Source: Rhina ancylostomus
Taxonomy: Eukaryota
Direction: 5' to 3'
Assembly (NCBI GenBank): GCA_030265395.1
Contig: JARFYF010000051.1
Span: 18,705,824 to 18,769,823 of the forward strand
Length of the DNA: 64,000 nucleotides
Positions 1 through 15,680 of this stretch are shown piece by piece. The notes beneath the pieces are model-generated. The model saw only the letters and a program-made list of their open reading frames with translations, made no database searches and was not told the origin of the DNA. Position 1 is the first letter of the stretch. Each line of letters opens with the position of its first letter. A program made the translations under genes and the position numbers.

Positions 1-69
1 GTGCTGGTATTTTTAATATGGTAATTTTCAATTTCTGTTTATTAATACACGATTTTTGAAATGTTTTAG

Positions 70-360
<291 letters not shown>

Positions 361-769
361 TAAACTTTGCCACTTTTTGTATTTACATTAAAGCACTGGA
401 GGAACTTTCAAATTTCTCATTTTTAAACTTCAGTGGTCAGTTTATGAATCTGTTTTAGCCTCTTGTTTGTATTTTAAAGAAGTGATCTTGAATTAATTTT
501 TCATGACTGATTTCACATTTACTGATTTCTCATTTCATATACATATATTGAACTTTACATTTGTTATTTAACATTACTTCTCACCCACAAAATTGAACAC
601 CCATTTATTTGTTTTGAGGATAAACATTTTCTCCAATATTCCACTCACTCATTTTCATATCCCCTCATCTTTTCAAGTCCAGTTTGCTTGTATCACATGC
701 CTTATTTATCTTGGGTTTTAATTGTTTCTGGATTTTTCTGCTTGGATCTATTTGTATGATTTGACATGA

Positions 770-1354
<585 letters not shown>

Positions 1355-4300
1355 TGATGTCACTTTGAATTTGTTTTATATTTTAATTAATATGAATGTT
1401 TTTCACTTTAACGTGAAAAATTTAACAAATAACAGCAACAAACTGAAGAAGCATAGGTTTTGTGGACACTGGTGATTTGACANNNNNNNNNNNNNNNNNN
1501 NNNNNNNNNNNNNNNNNNNNNNNNNNNNNNNNNNNNNNNNNNNNNNNNNNNNNNNNNNNNNNNNNNNNNNNNNNNNNNNNNNACTTTAACGTGATAAATT
1601 TAACAAATATCAGCAACAAAATGAAGAAGCATAGGTTTTGTGGACACTTGTGATTTGACAGTGCTGAGCACTCGCCACAAAGAGAACTTTCCACAGAAGT
1701 CACTTTGCACAAAACTTTCCACAAAAAGCAATCACTACGGCATTATCAAGTGGCTAATATTTTCAACCAATATCAGAGAAATATAACTTGTGATGTTCTA
1801 GGTAAAATATTTTTTCACCTGGTAGTGTAATTGCCAGAATTGTATCTGATTGTTGATTCCTGCAGCAAGCAACTTAAACATAGTAATAAGAACACTGCCA
1901 TACTGAGGTGAAAGAATCCCTGTAAATTGCCTCTGGCAATGTTTATAAGCCTTTAAATTTTCTTTTAAGACAGAGCTTACTGATGCATGATATTTCATGA
2001 TATGACTTACAAATTGGATTTTCTTCTTTTGGCTTCAATTTATTTGCACCCCACATTGCTGGCAATATGAGAAGATAATGTGGTGCTGGAGACCTTGGCA
2101 AATGCGTGATCAACACTATATCTCCATAATCAATTAAAACTAAAGATAAAGCTGCATCCTAAATAATGAAGAATGAAATAGATGAGTTGGAGTCAAATTA
2201 GATACTGAAAGAGAAATAGAGGGAAAGTTTGATGGTGAAAAACACAGTTGAAAGAAAATAATTAAAAAAAACATTTTGTAATTTAAATGAAAACCCTGTT
2301 GGAACAACTTACTACCTGCAGGAATGAAACTATAGAAGTTGAATTACTCCTTTTCTGTGATTCTGAGGTTGAGTAGCTGTAAATCGTGTCATCAGGTTCT
2401 TGTGACATGAAATACCAACCAACTTTGGCAAGTTTAATTCATATTTATGAGACAAATCAACAGATTCCTGGATGATCACAAGCAAATTTACAGCAAGATC
2501 CCATTTTTCACAAGACCAGAAGTAGAGTAATGCAGATCCAAAAACTTATGACTATTATCTTTAAATTGCCTTGATAGCCAGTGAGATCCCATCCCTAGGC
2601 TGATCAGCTGTCAATGTTATCTTACGGCTAGCAGCTTTACAGAATACCGTGAAAGTATTACAGTCCATATCTCAGATTAATTTCTCAAAGTTCCTGCATT
2701 TCTTACCTTGTGCTTTGCTTGTCTTTGAAACAGTCCTCCTAATCTTCTCTCAGTGAAATGTCATAGAACAGTTCTTTGGTTAATCCTAAATAGTTATTTG
2801 TCTTCTCTTGGTGGGGGGGAGGGGGGATGGAATTTGCCTACCATTTCGTGAGTTTGCCTTGATTAAATCAGCTTGTTAATAAATGTCAAGTACTTCATAA
2901 ACATTGAGATAATTTCCAAAATCATCATGCAAGGAAAGGCATCAGGGAATAAAACTCCATTGGGATGGTAATATGGCTTGCTGAGTTTGCTGTGGACCTG
3001 GAAGTAACCCCCAGAAACCTAGTACTTTGACACACAGTTGAAGGAATGATCTTATTCTTTTGATCTACGTTAAATACTGGCCCTAAAAAACATACCCAAA
3101 AATCCAAAGAATGGGAACTGTCCTCATGAAATTAAATATTTGTCAATGTCAAACACTTTAAACATCTGTAGAGCTGGAACATCATCTTCTACATTGTTTT
3201 AGAGTATTGCCGGAGTGAATACAGGCTTCCCCCACATTCTAAGTAGTAATCAGTTTCAATTATTTTGCTCACAGTGGTACAAACAAGTATGTCGATATCC
3301 TCTATTTGGGATGTAGTTAAATACTGTATATCAGTTTCTGCTCATGTAGATCAAAGTCAATATGGGTTTCTTGCAAAGAAGTGAGAAGGAAATTTTTATG
3401 AGAGCAGGAATTCCCCATTACTGTACAGAGCACCACTGTCACAGCAGTTAGAAGTTTGGGCTCAAGGGTGTGGAAGGGCAAGAGCCAGACCTCTGCACCA
3501 CCAGTTGGATGGGAGATTGCCTTAGAAGGGATTTTCATTCATAATTTTTCTTGCTGTTTGTTCTCATTGTTAAGGTGTGGCCAGATGACTTCATTTGAAT
3601 TCTTCATTTGTTCGTGGGTAGTTCTTAGGATGGAAATCTTTCAGCCCACTAATTGATTGCTGCTGGGTGAAAAGAGCTTTAAAATATACTGTGGTTAATT
3701 TTTTTTAAGTAACAGTAAAAATAGTTTTCAATGAAACTGAGTAAAAGACCATACTTTAGCTGGAAAAAAAATCAAAACCGTATGGGTTCATGATAAATTC
3801 CAAAGCATTAAATAAATGTTGAGTCTCAGAATTTCCATGGTGATGGCAGAGGTTAGAAATGTGCTGTTGCCTCAGTATCCTTCTATCATTAATGGTGGGA
3901 TTGACAGTTATTTCATTGAACAAATAAAGGAGCTTGCATTATTCAAAGTAGCAGTTCTCTACCGTGTGCCCATTATCACATAGGGAGGCAGCTTCTCTGC
4001 AGAGATAGACAGATGGTGCCTCTTGAATGTCCTGCCCTAAAAATGATTGCAATGTGGACATAGAGAGCAGTTGTTCACATAGGATTATCCTTAAAGTGAT
4101 ACCAACCCAATATTATATAATTCAAGTGTGTTACAGCTGCCAAACTTCCCATAGAAAACAAATCTTGTACCTTGTTAACATGTTTCTTTTGTTGAGGTTA
4201 TCATGTACTTAATTGAAGGTTTTTGGCTTGTATTCTCAACTTAAGCTAAAGACCAGTGTGCCACTCCTGTGTAAATAATTATTTGGTCTGGCTTAACTTG

Positions 4301-5317
4301 GCTTTTTATTCAGAATGGTTTGAGAGTTGCCAGCTACTTGAAGTGCAGGGCACCTTTCTGTTGGTATTTAAGTTGCCTTGTGTGTCACTTCTATAGCACA
4401 TATAGTGATCTATGGGAACTTTATTTGTGGTGTTGAAGTTCAACCTAGGACAAGATTTCAAACTGTTACTGTAGGAAACTTTTTCTTGATAACCAGCTTT
4501 TCTTCTGGATTGTAATACTGTTTTACTATCAATAATTAATAGCTGACATGTAAATCGATAATTTCCTCTGCAGGAGCAGAATAATGAGCTGAATTTCACC
4601 ATGATTCACCTCAGTTAGGTTGCCAAAATTTATTTTTCACAGACCTATCAATAGAGGTTTCTCATTTTTCAGAGTCTTGTGCAGTGCAGCTCCATCGATA
4701 GGGGATCTGTGGCTTCTGTGAGAAGGAAAGCATTTGGAAAACTCTTCAACTGAACGGACTGATGAATCCCCACTGAAGTAGACANNNNNNNNNNNNNNNN
4801 NNNNNNNNNNNNNNNNNNNNNNNNNNNNNNNNNNNNNNNNNNNNNNNNNNNNNNNNNNNNNNNNNNNNNNNNNNNNNNNNNNNNTGAACGGACTGATGAA
4901 TCCCCACTGACGTAGACAGATTAAAGAAGGACTATTAGAATGTAATTTAAAAATCAGAAAATACTAATTACATTTAAGCTATTGTACAGGAAACAAAATG
5001 AAGATTCAGGGACACACAAGCATGGGACATAAGAAATAATAGAAGTTAAAACAAAAGATTAAACAAAGTCTGCAGCACTAATTTTCTTAGTCTTAAAAGT
5101 GTGGAATATTTTTTCAGTGCCAGAGCTGTTTTCCAGTAATTGATTTGATGGCTCCAAACTTTTTAACGTTTCTGGTGTATGACTAATACATAATTACAGT
5201 GATGTCTGTGTTGATTCCATCTCCATTGCATCATTGCAACCTATGGAAGAGTACGTATCAATGACAGAAATGGACAGATTTCCACATTTAACTCTATGTC
5301 TAGATACCGGATCATAG

Positions 5318-5611
<294 letters not shown>

Positions 5612-5869
5612 TAATGCTTAACATTTATTAAAGTTTTGTTCAGAAAATTCAGATTGGGTTTTATGATCATGTTATTGCAGATTCTGTGAAATAATATTTT
5701 AGTATTCTTATTATTATAAGAATTAAACTTATTCTAGTCCTGTTTTTCAACCAAATTGCCTGAGTTTAGAATTGAATTAGGGGCTGGTTGATGTACTGAG
5801 TAAGGATAGTGTTCTTTCATTTTTGCAATGTTAGCTCGAGTCCAGTTTAAGCTAAAGAGACCAAACTTG

Positions 5870-6150
5870 CTCATTACTACCATTGGGGAGGAGGTACAGG
5901 AGCCTGAAGACCCACACTCAACAATTTAGGAACAGCTTCTTTTCTTCTATCATCAGGTTTCTGAATGGTCCATGAACCCATGAATACTGCCTTGTTATTC
6001 CTTTTTCCACACTATCTATCTATCTATTTATTTATTTATTTATTTTGTGATTTATAGTAATTTTATATNNNNNNNNNNNNNNNNNGCTGCACTGCTGTCG
6101 CAAAACAACAAATTTCATGTCAATAAGTCAGTGACAATAATTCTGATTCT
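5870..6150 (+). mobile_element. Rex1/Babar-like LINE 3' end fragment
   Basis: Reads LPLGRRYRSLKTHTQQFRNSFF, typical of the Rex1/Babar ORF2 C-terminus. Followed by (tatc)n/(attt)n and an attctgattct tail. Confidence 0.6.
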
Positions 6151-6888
6151 AAGCATAAAAATAAGCATACATTGGTATTAACCTGACCATCCCAATCAAG
6201 CTCCAAAGAGAAAAGATTCATTTACGGTGTTGTTGGTTGATCATGTGAGGCCACACAACTTTGTCATGCAGAGCAATGAGAGCAGCCACTTGCTACTGGC
6301 ATTTAGTGCTAGAATTACAATCTCACAATATAGGTATCTCCCTTTATTTGCATAGTTTAAAAGAAATGGGAAGTAAAGATGCAATTTTCCAGTGTCTAAT
6401 TGCTTCCAAGATGTTTTGAAAGGAGATGAGCAAAGGCAGTCAGTAAAATGAATACTGTTTCCAAACTGAAATTGTTTAATCAATCTTAAACTAGCTTTGA
6501 AAGTGAACATTGGCTGTAATTCTGCTAACCTGACTGTGCAATTGTGTTTATTCTTTTATCAAAATGTTAAATTTGAAATACAAAAATCAGATCAAGCTAA
6601 AGTTATGTTTTAAGAGGTCAAACCAAATAATATGCTGGTTAGATAATAGAATTTGTTTTGAGTTAAAATTCTCAAAAACTGTCTCCAAGATCTATATGAA
6701 CATGATTGGCTCAGATCTTTGCAGATTCATCATTCAATTTTTGCTGTCAATTAATCAATATTCTAATTGCTTTCCAATTTTGAATCCCGAATTTGATTTT
6801 TTTTGACCAGTTAATTTATCATGAATTTTGTAGGATTGAACAAACAATCTATAGTATATGCTTGTGCAAAAATTAACTTAAAAATTAA

Positions 6889-7008
<120 letters not shown>

Positions 7009-8560
7009 TAAGTACTTTGAAATTTAAGTGATTTTTTTTTTCAAAATTGCAAAAAGCATTGCTTCTGTAAAACCATATTTATGTTAAATTTTGCTGCATT
7101 CATTTATGTGAATGGTGTAACATTTTAATAAATTCTTGGAGCTTACTATTTCAAGTTGTTTTTCATAATTTGTTAAACTTGTATATTTCTCACCTTTTGT
7201 CGCTGGATTTTGTAGTTAATGGGGAAGTGATAGCACTAGACCCTGACCTCAAGGAAAGCTAGCCAGAAAGATCTAGCAATTTTTCTGGTGCGGATTTACC
7301 ATTTTCTGATTAGGGTCTGACATCAGGGATCTGTGGTGTTCACTAACAGTGATGCACATCTAACCTAAAGAATGTTCAAGGACAGCAAGGGAGTAAAACA
7401 CACAACTTTTAAGTAATATTTTAAATGCTTTATAGAGCAAAAATAAAGATTGAAAATTATGTGTCATTAATGTAGAAGCTGAAATATGCAAACATTTAAT
7501 TTTTTTTAAATTCATTAAATTTTAACATTCTTAAGTGATAGAATGACAATCCAAATATTCAGATGTATAGGATCAGAGATGTTATTAAACAGTGTGTGCG
7601 GATTAGTATGCTCTTAAAAACACTTGCACTTTGTGTAACAAAAGAACATTTTCAGGGAATTTCCAAGAATTTTACAACAAAAATGGTTCTTAAAAGTTCT
7701 TTCAGTTCATCTTTGTCTGCTAATTACACAAAGTGATATTCTCTGTGACGGGGCAATAAAAAACTGATAGCAACTTGCGAATTTCCAAATGGAATTGTGT
7801 ATTCTGCAGAACTCACTGAAAGTCTTATGCGGTAATGACAGTGAACATTGATTGTTTCAGCTTCTTTCCAACCATGAAATCCAACCTTGTGCATCAGGTT
7901 GGTTTATTAGAGCTATACTTCCTTCAGAGTCTAAAGGTTGTGAGTTCAATCCTTTACAAAGGCAAACCTAGGATGGCACATAAATATCAAAGTGGTGTTA
8001 AGCAATAAAAGTTTTCTCTCAGACTATTGTGTAAACCATTGAACAAATATATGAATAAAAAGTTAATCCATAACATTATATAGCAGAAATTTGCCAAATT
8101 ATCTATTCTTTCTGTCTACCAAAACTAATAAGAACAGAGCAGCAGGTCATTAATTTCATTTACAGTGTGAGTTTTTTTATTCGCGTTGGCTGTCACTTTT
8201 ACTTAATAGTGTGACTGCATTTCAAAATTGAGTGTGAAGTGCTTTTGAACATGCCCCAAGGACATGTTAAGGAGCAAAACAATGCTATTTGATCTTCCTT
8301 TAGCTATAATATCACACTGGATTTATTTGGCTATTTGCAGAAAAGGAAATGGTTATTAAGGCATTCATAAAGGGATCAAATATTTTACTAAANNNNNNNN
8401 NNNNNNNNNNNNNNNNNNNNNNNNNNNNNNNNNNNNNNNNNNNNNNNNNNNNNNNNNNNNNNNNNNNNNNNNNNNNNNNNNNNNNNNNNNNNGCATTAAT
8501 AAAGGGATCAAATATTTTACTAAATGTTTTAAAAGTATTTTACAAAATTGAAGTTGATAA

Positions 8561-8686
<126 letters not shown>

Positions 8687-9329
8687 TAATATGCTCATTT
8701 GAAAAGTTTATATTCAACTTGAATATTTTAATGCATTTCACTTTGAATGTTCCAGTCCAATGATTTCACCACCAAATAAAATTTCATTTTCTATTTCTCA
8801 ACTTCATAATTTACTTTTCAGTTCTCTACCTTTTTATTTCTGAGCTATTATTTCAAACTCATTGATTTAATTTGTGACCAACAGCTGCAACCGTTACTGC
8901 TTAAATTTGTATTTTGGATTGTTATTTAAGATTTGTGGATTGATGAATGGATGTTCCTGTGAACAATTAAATGATGATTATAGTTTATTCATGGATAGAC
9001 AGATATAAATTATTAAAGAGTAGTAATTTGACTTGCATTGAACACAATACTCAACAAATTAGGGATAAGAATGGTGAGGAAATAGATGACAACATAATTT
9101 CTTTGGATTAACAAAAGCAGACGTGCCCTTTTGAACTAATGTTTTTTTTCTCAATTTCCAATAAAAAGATTATTGCCTCAGCTTTCACACACCAATAGGT
9201 ATTGAGCTATTCAGTGTTTGTATAGGAGTGGGTTGAGGGCTTGTGGGCACATAGTCCACTAATAAATCTATCCCATTAACTTGTCATCCATGTCTGGTGT
9301 GTTTCCCATTGAATGTGTTACAATATCCC

Positions 9330-10330
9330 TCCATATCAGAGTATTGCCAGAAAGATGGCAGATTGCTAACATGATGCTAATTGGAAAAGGGGGGGGGTTG
9401 AATTAAAAATTATAAGCTTAACATTGGTAAGAAACTCCTTACTTAAAAGATGTTGCAGAAAAATATTTATAAACTAAAAATCTAAATAGTCAATGATGAA
9501 TTCAAAAGAGAAGGCCATGCTTGACCAAGCTTATTCATGAGTTAAGAGATGAAATATAAAAGTAAAGTGATGGTAGTAATTTATGAATTTTCAGTAAATT
9601 CATGATTGCATCTGCAGCTATAGTGACAGAGGATAGGTGATAGCAAGCTGGCTGCATAGCAGAAATCAATAAATGTTAACAGTAATTACTAAAATTGGCA
9701 GAACGTGGGAAGTGGTGTTCAATGAGGCTTAGTGCTGGGATGACTGTTCTTCACCATTTACATAAACAAAACCTGGGAATCATAAGTCCAATTTCAGGAA
9801 TTGTGGAGAACAAATTAGTTCATTCAGGAACTGTGACCGAGTATATTGGCAATTATAAATATGAACAGTTGGCAAATAAATTTCAGAATAGATATATGTG
9901 AGTAAGTGACAGTGCAGACTTCCTCAAACAACCCTGGGAGCACAGTCTTTCAACATCGTTAAAGTAGAGTTTGAGGCATGTTTGATAAGGAGTATGTTCT
10001 CCTTAGGAAGACGTGACAGAGGATTTGAANNNNNNNNNNNNNNNNNNNNNNNNNNNNNNNNNNNNNNNNNNNNNNNNNNNNNNNNNNNNNNNNNNNNNNN
10101 NNNNNNNNNNNNNNNNNNNNNNNNNNNNNACAGTGCAGACTTCCTCAAACAACACTGGGAGCACAGTCTTTAAACATCTTTAAAGTAGAGTTTGATGCAT
10201 TTTTGATAAGGATTATGTTCACCTTAGGAAGACGGGAAAGTGGATTTGAAGTTACAGTCAGATCAGCCATAATCATATTGAATGGCTGAGTGGGCTACAG
10301 GGCTCAATCATCTGCTCCTGCTCCTAATTT
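9330..10330 (+). mobile_element. Heavily decayed CR1-like LINE fragment
   Basis: gaaagatggcagattgctaac and ccatgcttgacc resemble CR1 RT segments. The 3' tail gatcagccat...attgaatgg...ctgctcct is shared with other copies in the window. Confidence 0.5.
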
Positions 10331-10839
10331 GTACGTTTGATTGTATGTTCATCTGTAAAACTACAAAAGCAATCCAAGGTCTTGAGTTCACCTCCAGAGG
10401 GGTGGAATTGAAAAATAAAGTTGTTAGGTGGTATTGAACTCAGTTCATCTAAGGAGTACTGAACACAATTCTGTCTTCTATTATAAATTGGCCACACCCA
10501 AGTACGGTGATGCAAGAATTTGGTACATTGCCTGAGAGTTGTGAGTCCATGTGTATGACTGTATCAGTTTTTTGCTAAACTTGTAGCAAAACTGGGAAAG
10601 TTGTTTCAAAGACGAGATCCTGGATATTATGAAAAGGATTTTAGAGTTGATTGAGCTGAATCTAATTTTGTCATGTTCACTGCCTTGGTCGATTCTTGGT
10701 GGTTTATCCAATGTTATTCTTATTAATGTTGTTTGTTCATTGGTATTTGATTTTACTCCCATTAGTTCCCTAGGATTTTGATCCTCTACTTTTAAAGGCT
10801 TGCAGGGTATTTTATAACTCATATATGGGAAAGGGATAT

Positions 10840-11060
10840 CAATAGTTGAGACAGCATTTATTATTCATCCTTAAATTTGTTCTTTGAATTGAGTAGCTTG
10901 GTCAACCGTTTCAGAGAGCTATTAAAAGTCAATCACATTGCTTGTAGATCTGGATGGGCCCGACAGGATAGGGAAGGCAGGTTTCCTTCCCTAAAGAACA
11001 TTAGTAAATTAGATAGATGTTACTGACAATCCAGTAGTTAAGTGGTCACCAAATATCATA
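10840..11060 (-). mobile_element. SINE-like repeat (second copy at about 52900-53090)
   Basis: gagtagcttg...tttcaga...gtttccttccctaaagaacattagt recurs near 52925-53070. Resembles the reverse complement of chondrichthyan Deu-type SINEs (from memory). Confidence 0.45.
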
Positions 11061-11898
11061 CCGGTACTTTTCAGTATAGGGTGATGGAATTCTGGTTCAT
11101 GACTTGATCTGTGGATCAATAGTTACATATTAACAAAGGATACCCTATTCCTATTTAACGTTATTTAAGTTTTGAGAAGTTATATGTCAAGATGATTTTG
11201 TTAACTGTGATGAGGACAAAATTAATGAGCAAGTGAAAAATAGTGAAAATGTGGTATCAGNNNNNNNNNNNNNNNNNNNNNNNNNNNNNNNNNNNNNNNN
11301 NNNNNNNNNNNNNNNNNNNNNNNNNNNNNNNNNNNNNNNNNNNNNNNNNNNNNNNNNNNNCCATTGCGGAATTCATGAGAAAGTTCCTTACATAGTGGTT
11401 ATAAATACCATAGCCATGTTTTATGAAATGCTTATACAAATAGTAAGGAAATTTAAATAGCAAAATATTTGCATTGGATGAAGAGGAGTGGGACATTTGT
11501 GTTGGGAGTAAACTCTGTGCAGACAAGAATTTTTTCCTGTATATTTCAATGAGGGTGGACTTTTTTAAAAATGAGTCTCATAGAAATGTATAACCTTTCC
11601 CTTAAAATAATCAAAAAAAGCCTAGCATACAATTACACATTTGAACAAGTTGTTTTGATGGTGATTTTTAAAGCAATCTTTCTTTGCTGGCAATGTAAGT
11701 TTACATTTGACTATTGAAAATACTTCTGCTACCTTAAGCACCCTTTGTCTGCTTAATTTAGTAGCATTTTATTTAAAAATTTGAATATTTGACTTGATTT
11801 TGTTCTGGGTGATATAGATGATCACCTCTGTGTTCCAGCCTTTTCTTTTCCATGTCTATTTGCTTGTAGACTCCCTTGCAGTAGCACCATGGACATAA

Positions 11899-12207
<309 letters not shown>

Positions 12208-12709
12208 TGAAAGGTCCTGTAACGCAGACAGAAGTGGAGAGAGTTTTCCATGGCTACTGAATAATATGTATTCTCCAGCCTGTTAAGTAAAACAAACGTC
12301 TGCTATGAACAGCAGGAGTACCATGAATTAAATTTTTTTCCATTGAAAATAGATACAGGCTGGATATTTCCTAATTTGTGGTCTGCTGCAACCACTGAAT
12401 GTACACAATGATATGAATGATAGGAACAGACATGGCTAAATGAGATGAATAATGATTCGTAATGCTGCCTCATTTTAAAAATAAATCTTGCCAAATTCCT
12501 TTGAATTTAATTTTTATTAAAATACATTACTTATCAGCATTATTTAGAAATGCTGAATTCCAAAAAGAGAAAATGAAAACAAAAATGCATTTAAAAGATT
12601 CATATTCATGGGAGCCCAAGTTATTATGGGGCTGTTTCAGTGTCAAGGAGGAAACACTCTTGTCTGTACCAGGACTAGTATCACATGATGCATGCATTGT
12701 ACTGATTAA

Positions 12710-12874
<165 letters not shown>

Positions 12875-13689
12875 TAAATGTTTAGAGGTCATTTGCTTGG
12901 GAGAATATAAAATTGTCCTTGTCAGTTTTTGGTCACATATATTAGTTATGATTAATGTCAGAGAAAAGAAGTATTCTACAAGAAACTGATGGATGCTAAT
13001 CATGATGCTAAATTATTCCACATTTCTTCGAGAGTGGCACTAGAATTGAATAATTGAGTCAGTATGCCTTTCAGACTATTATTTTTCAGTTTCAGTACAC
13101 AGGCTTTTCTTGTCTTGGTGTTAAATCAAATTCAGCGAAAACTTTCTAGAAATGGATGGGCATTATTAGTTTATTAGGAACAATACTTATATGCAAGGGT
13201 AATCAGTTTTCCCAATAAATTTTAAGTATAAATCAGATAGACGTTGCAAGAATGCCTTGAAATTAAAATCAGAGTAATTAGGTTATAAATGTTTAGAAAA
13301 AGTGGCTAATGAGAAATTATAATACAGCATTTTTATCTTGCTGAAACCTGTGCTTGGCCTTAATAGTTTTGGAAGTCTCTGTCATAAGATGTATGTTGCA
13401 ATGTTTACTGTGAGTCCATTCAAAAATAAATGATGTAAGATTTTAATGAGGTCCCTTTATTATATATCATTATAACATATATATTACACGTTTAACCTGC
13501 AAGTATAAATTAGCCTATATACAATTGATTACGTATTTAATAAGTAAAACTTATGGCAATTTTTAGAAGTAATCAGAGTAAGAAAGAACTTGTTAATTGA
13601 ACTTTAGCAAGATTGTTATGTTTTGATATCTGTAGTACAGTTTTCCATTAGCCCTGAGGAATGTTCTGTCGTATTATGAACACCTAAAA

Positions 13690-14240
13690 GCTACAGATGC
13701 TAGGAATTTGAAAGAGCAATGGAACGCTGTAAACACTCAGCAGTTCAGGCACTGACTCTGGAGACAGAAATAGAATCACTAACCTGAAAAGTTAACTCTT
13801 CGGGAGAACTGGAAAAATGAGAAAATAAATTGTTTTAGTTTGCAGAAAGAAGGAGGTTGGAAAGAACAAAGTTATCCATCTGGACGTCCTGTGTTCTGCC
13901 AGCAGGTTTTGTTTTTCTAGCCTGACCTTCTGAGCATGTCCAACGGACTTGCTTCTCACAATACTTTACACGTGTTTGTATTATCGCATTCTAACTGCTG
14001 CCATTAACCCATTGACTACTACTTGCCCCATAGGTACACTCGCCCTGTTCCCTTTATCCAATCTATCATCCACCCACCTCCTCTGTGACTTGAAACTAAC
14101 TTGTTAAACTTTTTCACAGTTCTGACAAAGGGCTTTTGATCTGAAATGTTAACTCAGTTTCTCTATGTAGATGTTGCTTGACCTGCTGAGTATTTCACGT
14201 ATTTCCTGTTTTTATTTCATATTATGAGCATCTGCACTTT
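13690..14240. mobile_element. Non-autonomous Penelope-like repeat with inverted termini
   Basis: 5' cagatgct...actcagcag is inverted at the 3' end as ctgctgagt...agcatctg. Related termini occur near 17560, 22050, 25160 and 44700. Confidence 0.5.
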
Positions 14241-14559
14241 TTTTGATTTCCACTTCACAATTTATGCACCTTCAGATATAAAATTTAAATAAGATGCAAA
14301 ATATTTCCAGAACTTTGAGCAGGATTTTTTTAAGTTCAGTATAAAAATGGCATTACTGTCCTTCTGAGCGACTTAAATAACTTGTTGAATATGAAGCTTC
14401 TAATGAGAAAGGGTATTTATTCCTACAGCTTGTTTCATTTATGATCCCTGCACAGATATCTCAATTGTGGATTTGTTCACCTTAGTTAGGCTCTTTGGAT
14501 TTTTCTTTCTTTGAGGCAAACCTTTGCTTCTTTCTCTATTCCAGGAATTTTATTTGGCT

Positions 14560-15035
14560 ATAATAGGGTGGCATTGGAGGCATCTCAAAAGATATTCACT
14601 CGTCTAAATCTGGGGTGAGAGAGTTGACCTATTCCAAGTGGCCAAAGAAATTAGATGTGTATTTTTGGGGTAGTTCAGAAGAATGAGGGGTTCATCTTAT
14701 TGAAACATATGAGATCTGTAGGGTGCATGACAGAGTGGATGTCAGGATGTTTCTATTAGTGAGCAAATCTTGAACAAAAGGGCAAGATTAGAGGGTCATT
14801 TAAAATAGAGGTGATTAGGAATTTTGGGCAATAGATGGCTGGAGATTGTGGAGGCTGTAACATTGGGGTATTGAAAGAAGAAGTAGATGCAGTTTTGCAA
14901 AATTGGGGAATTGAGAGCAATGGGAAACTGTCACAGAAGAGGAGGGGAGGCCCGGGACAGATCAGCCATGAGCATATTGAATGGCAGGACAGTTTTAAGG
15001 GGCTGAATGGCCTACTCTTATTTTCTTATGTTCTA
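14560..15035 (+). mobile_element. CR1-like LINE 3' end
   Basis: agaagaatgagggg...cttattgaaacatat... and the 3' tail gatcagccatg...attgaatggc...ctgaatggcctactc...cttatgttct. Confidence 0.7.
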
Positions 15036-15539
15036 ACCATTTTAATTTAGTTGGCAGATGTTCTAAAAGTTTAAAAGACCCAAATATTGCTGCTGTAGGG
15101 AATTGCTTTGTACCATAACCAGAAAAGAAGGCATGACAATAAATTAAGTCGATCTCAGGTTTAAAAATAGCTGACTGAAAATAAAGTGGGCCACTGACAT
15201 TAAAAATATTTTTATTGCAAACCTATTTTGGTTTCAATATAAAATCTCCAAAAATAGTACACAACCAACCTACAGGCAGACAGTTTAGGGCACTTTTTTT
15301 TAAAAATGCAGTTTCCTTCTGGCAGTTACTGTGCTGAAAGAGTGCCTTAGTGATTGTACATGAATTGAATGATTCTGAGCAATGGATCTGAAGACCTCCA
15401 TGTCATGGACTTTAATGACTTCTACTTTTGTGTGGCCAGACATTCCATCTTTAAATTGTATAGAATTCCATGTTCTTAGACTTTTAACTTGTGGTTCAAC
15501 AGGGAAATAATAAATTGAAGTATTTTGGTTTAAGGTAGG

Positions 15540-15680
15540 ATCTCTTATTGTTATCTCGAATTCTTCTACAGTGATTGAGGGTAGGAGAGGGAAAACTGCT
15601 TCCATTCCTATAAAAAGGGGGGTCAAACAAGGTGACCCACTTTCTCATATCTTGTTTAATTGCATGATGGACATTTTTTT
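15540..15680 (+). mobile_element. Non-LTR reverse transcriptase fragment, R2/NeSL/R4-like
   Basis: Reads GKTASIPIKRGVKQGDPLSHILFNCMMD, the RT QGxxLSPxLFN motif. Confidence 0.7.

Noticed and set aside
1400-1660. Near-identical sequence on both sides of 100-N gaps (also about 4750-4917, 8361-8523, 9908-10250 and 46590-46748)
   Set aside because: The pattern recurs at fixed-size gaps, which is typical of unmerged overlapping contig ends. It cannot be called a real tandem duplication without long reads.
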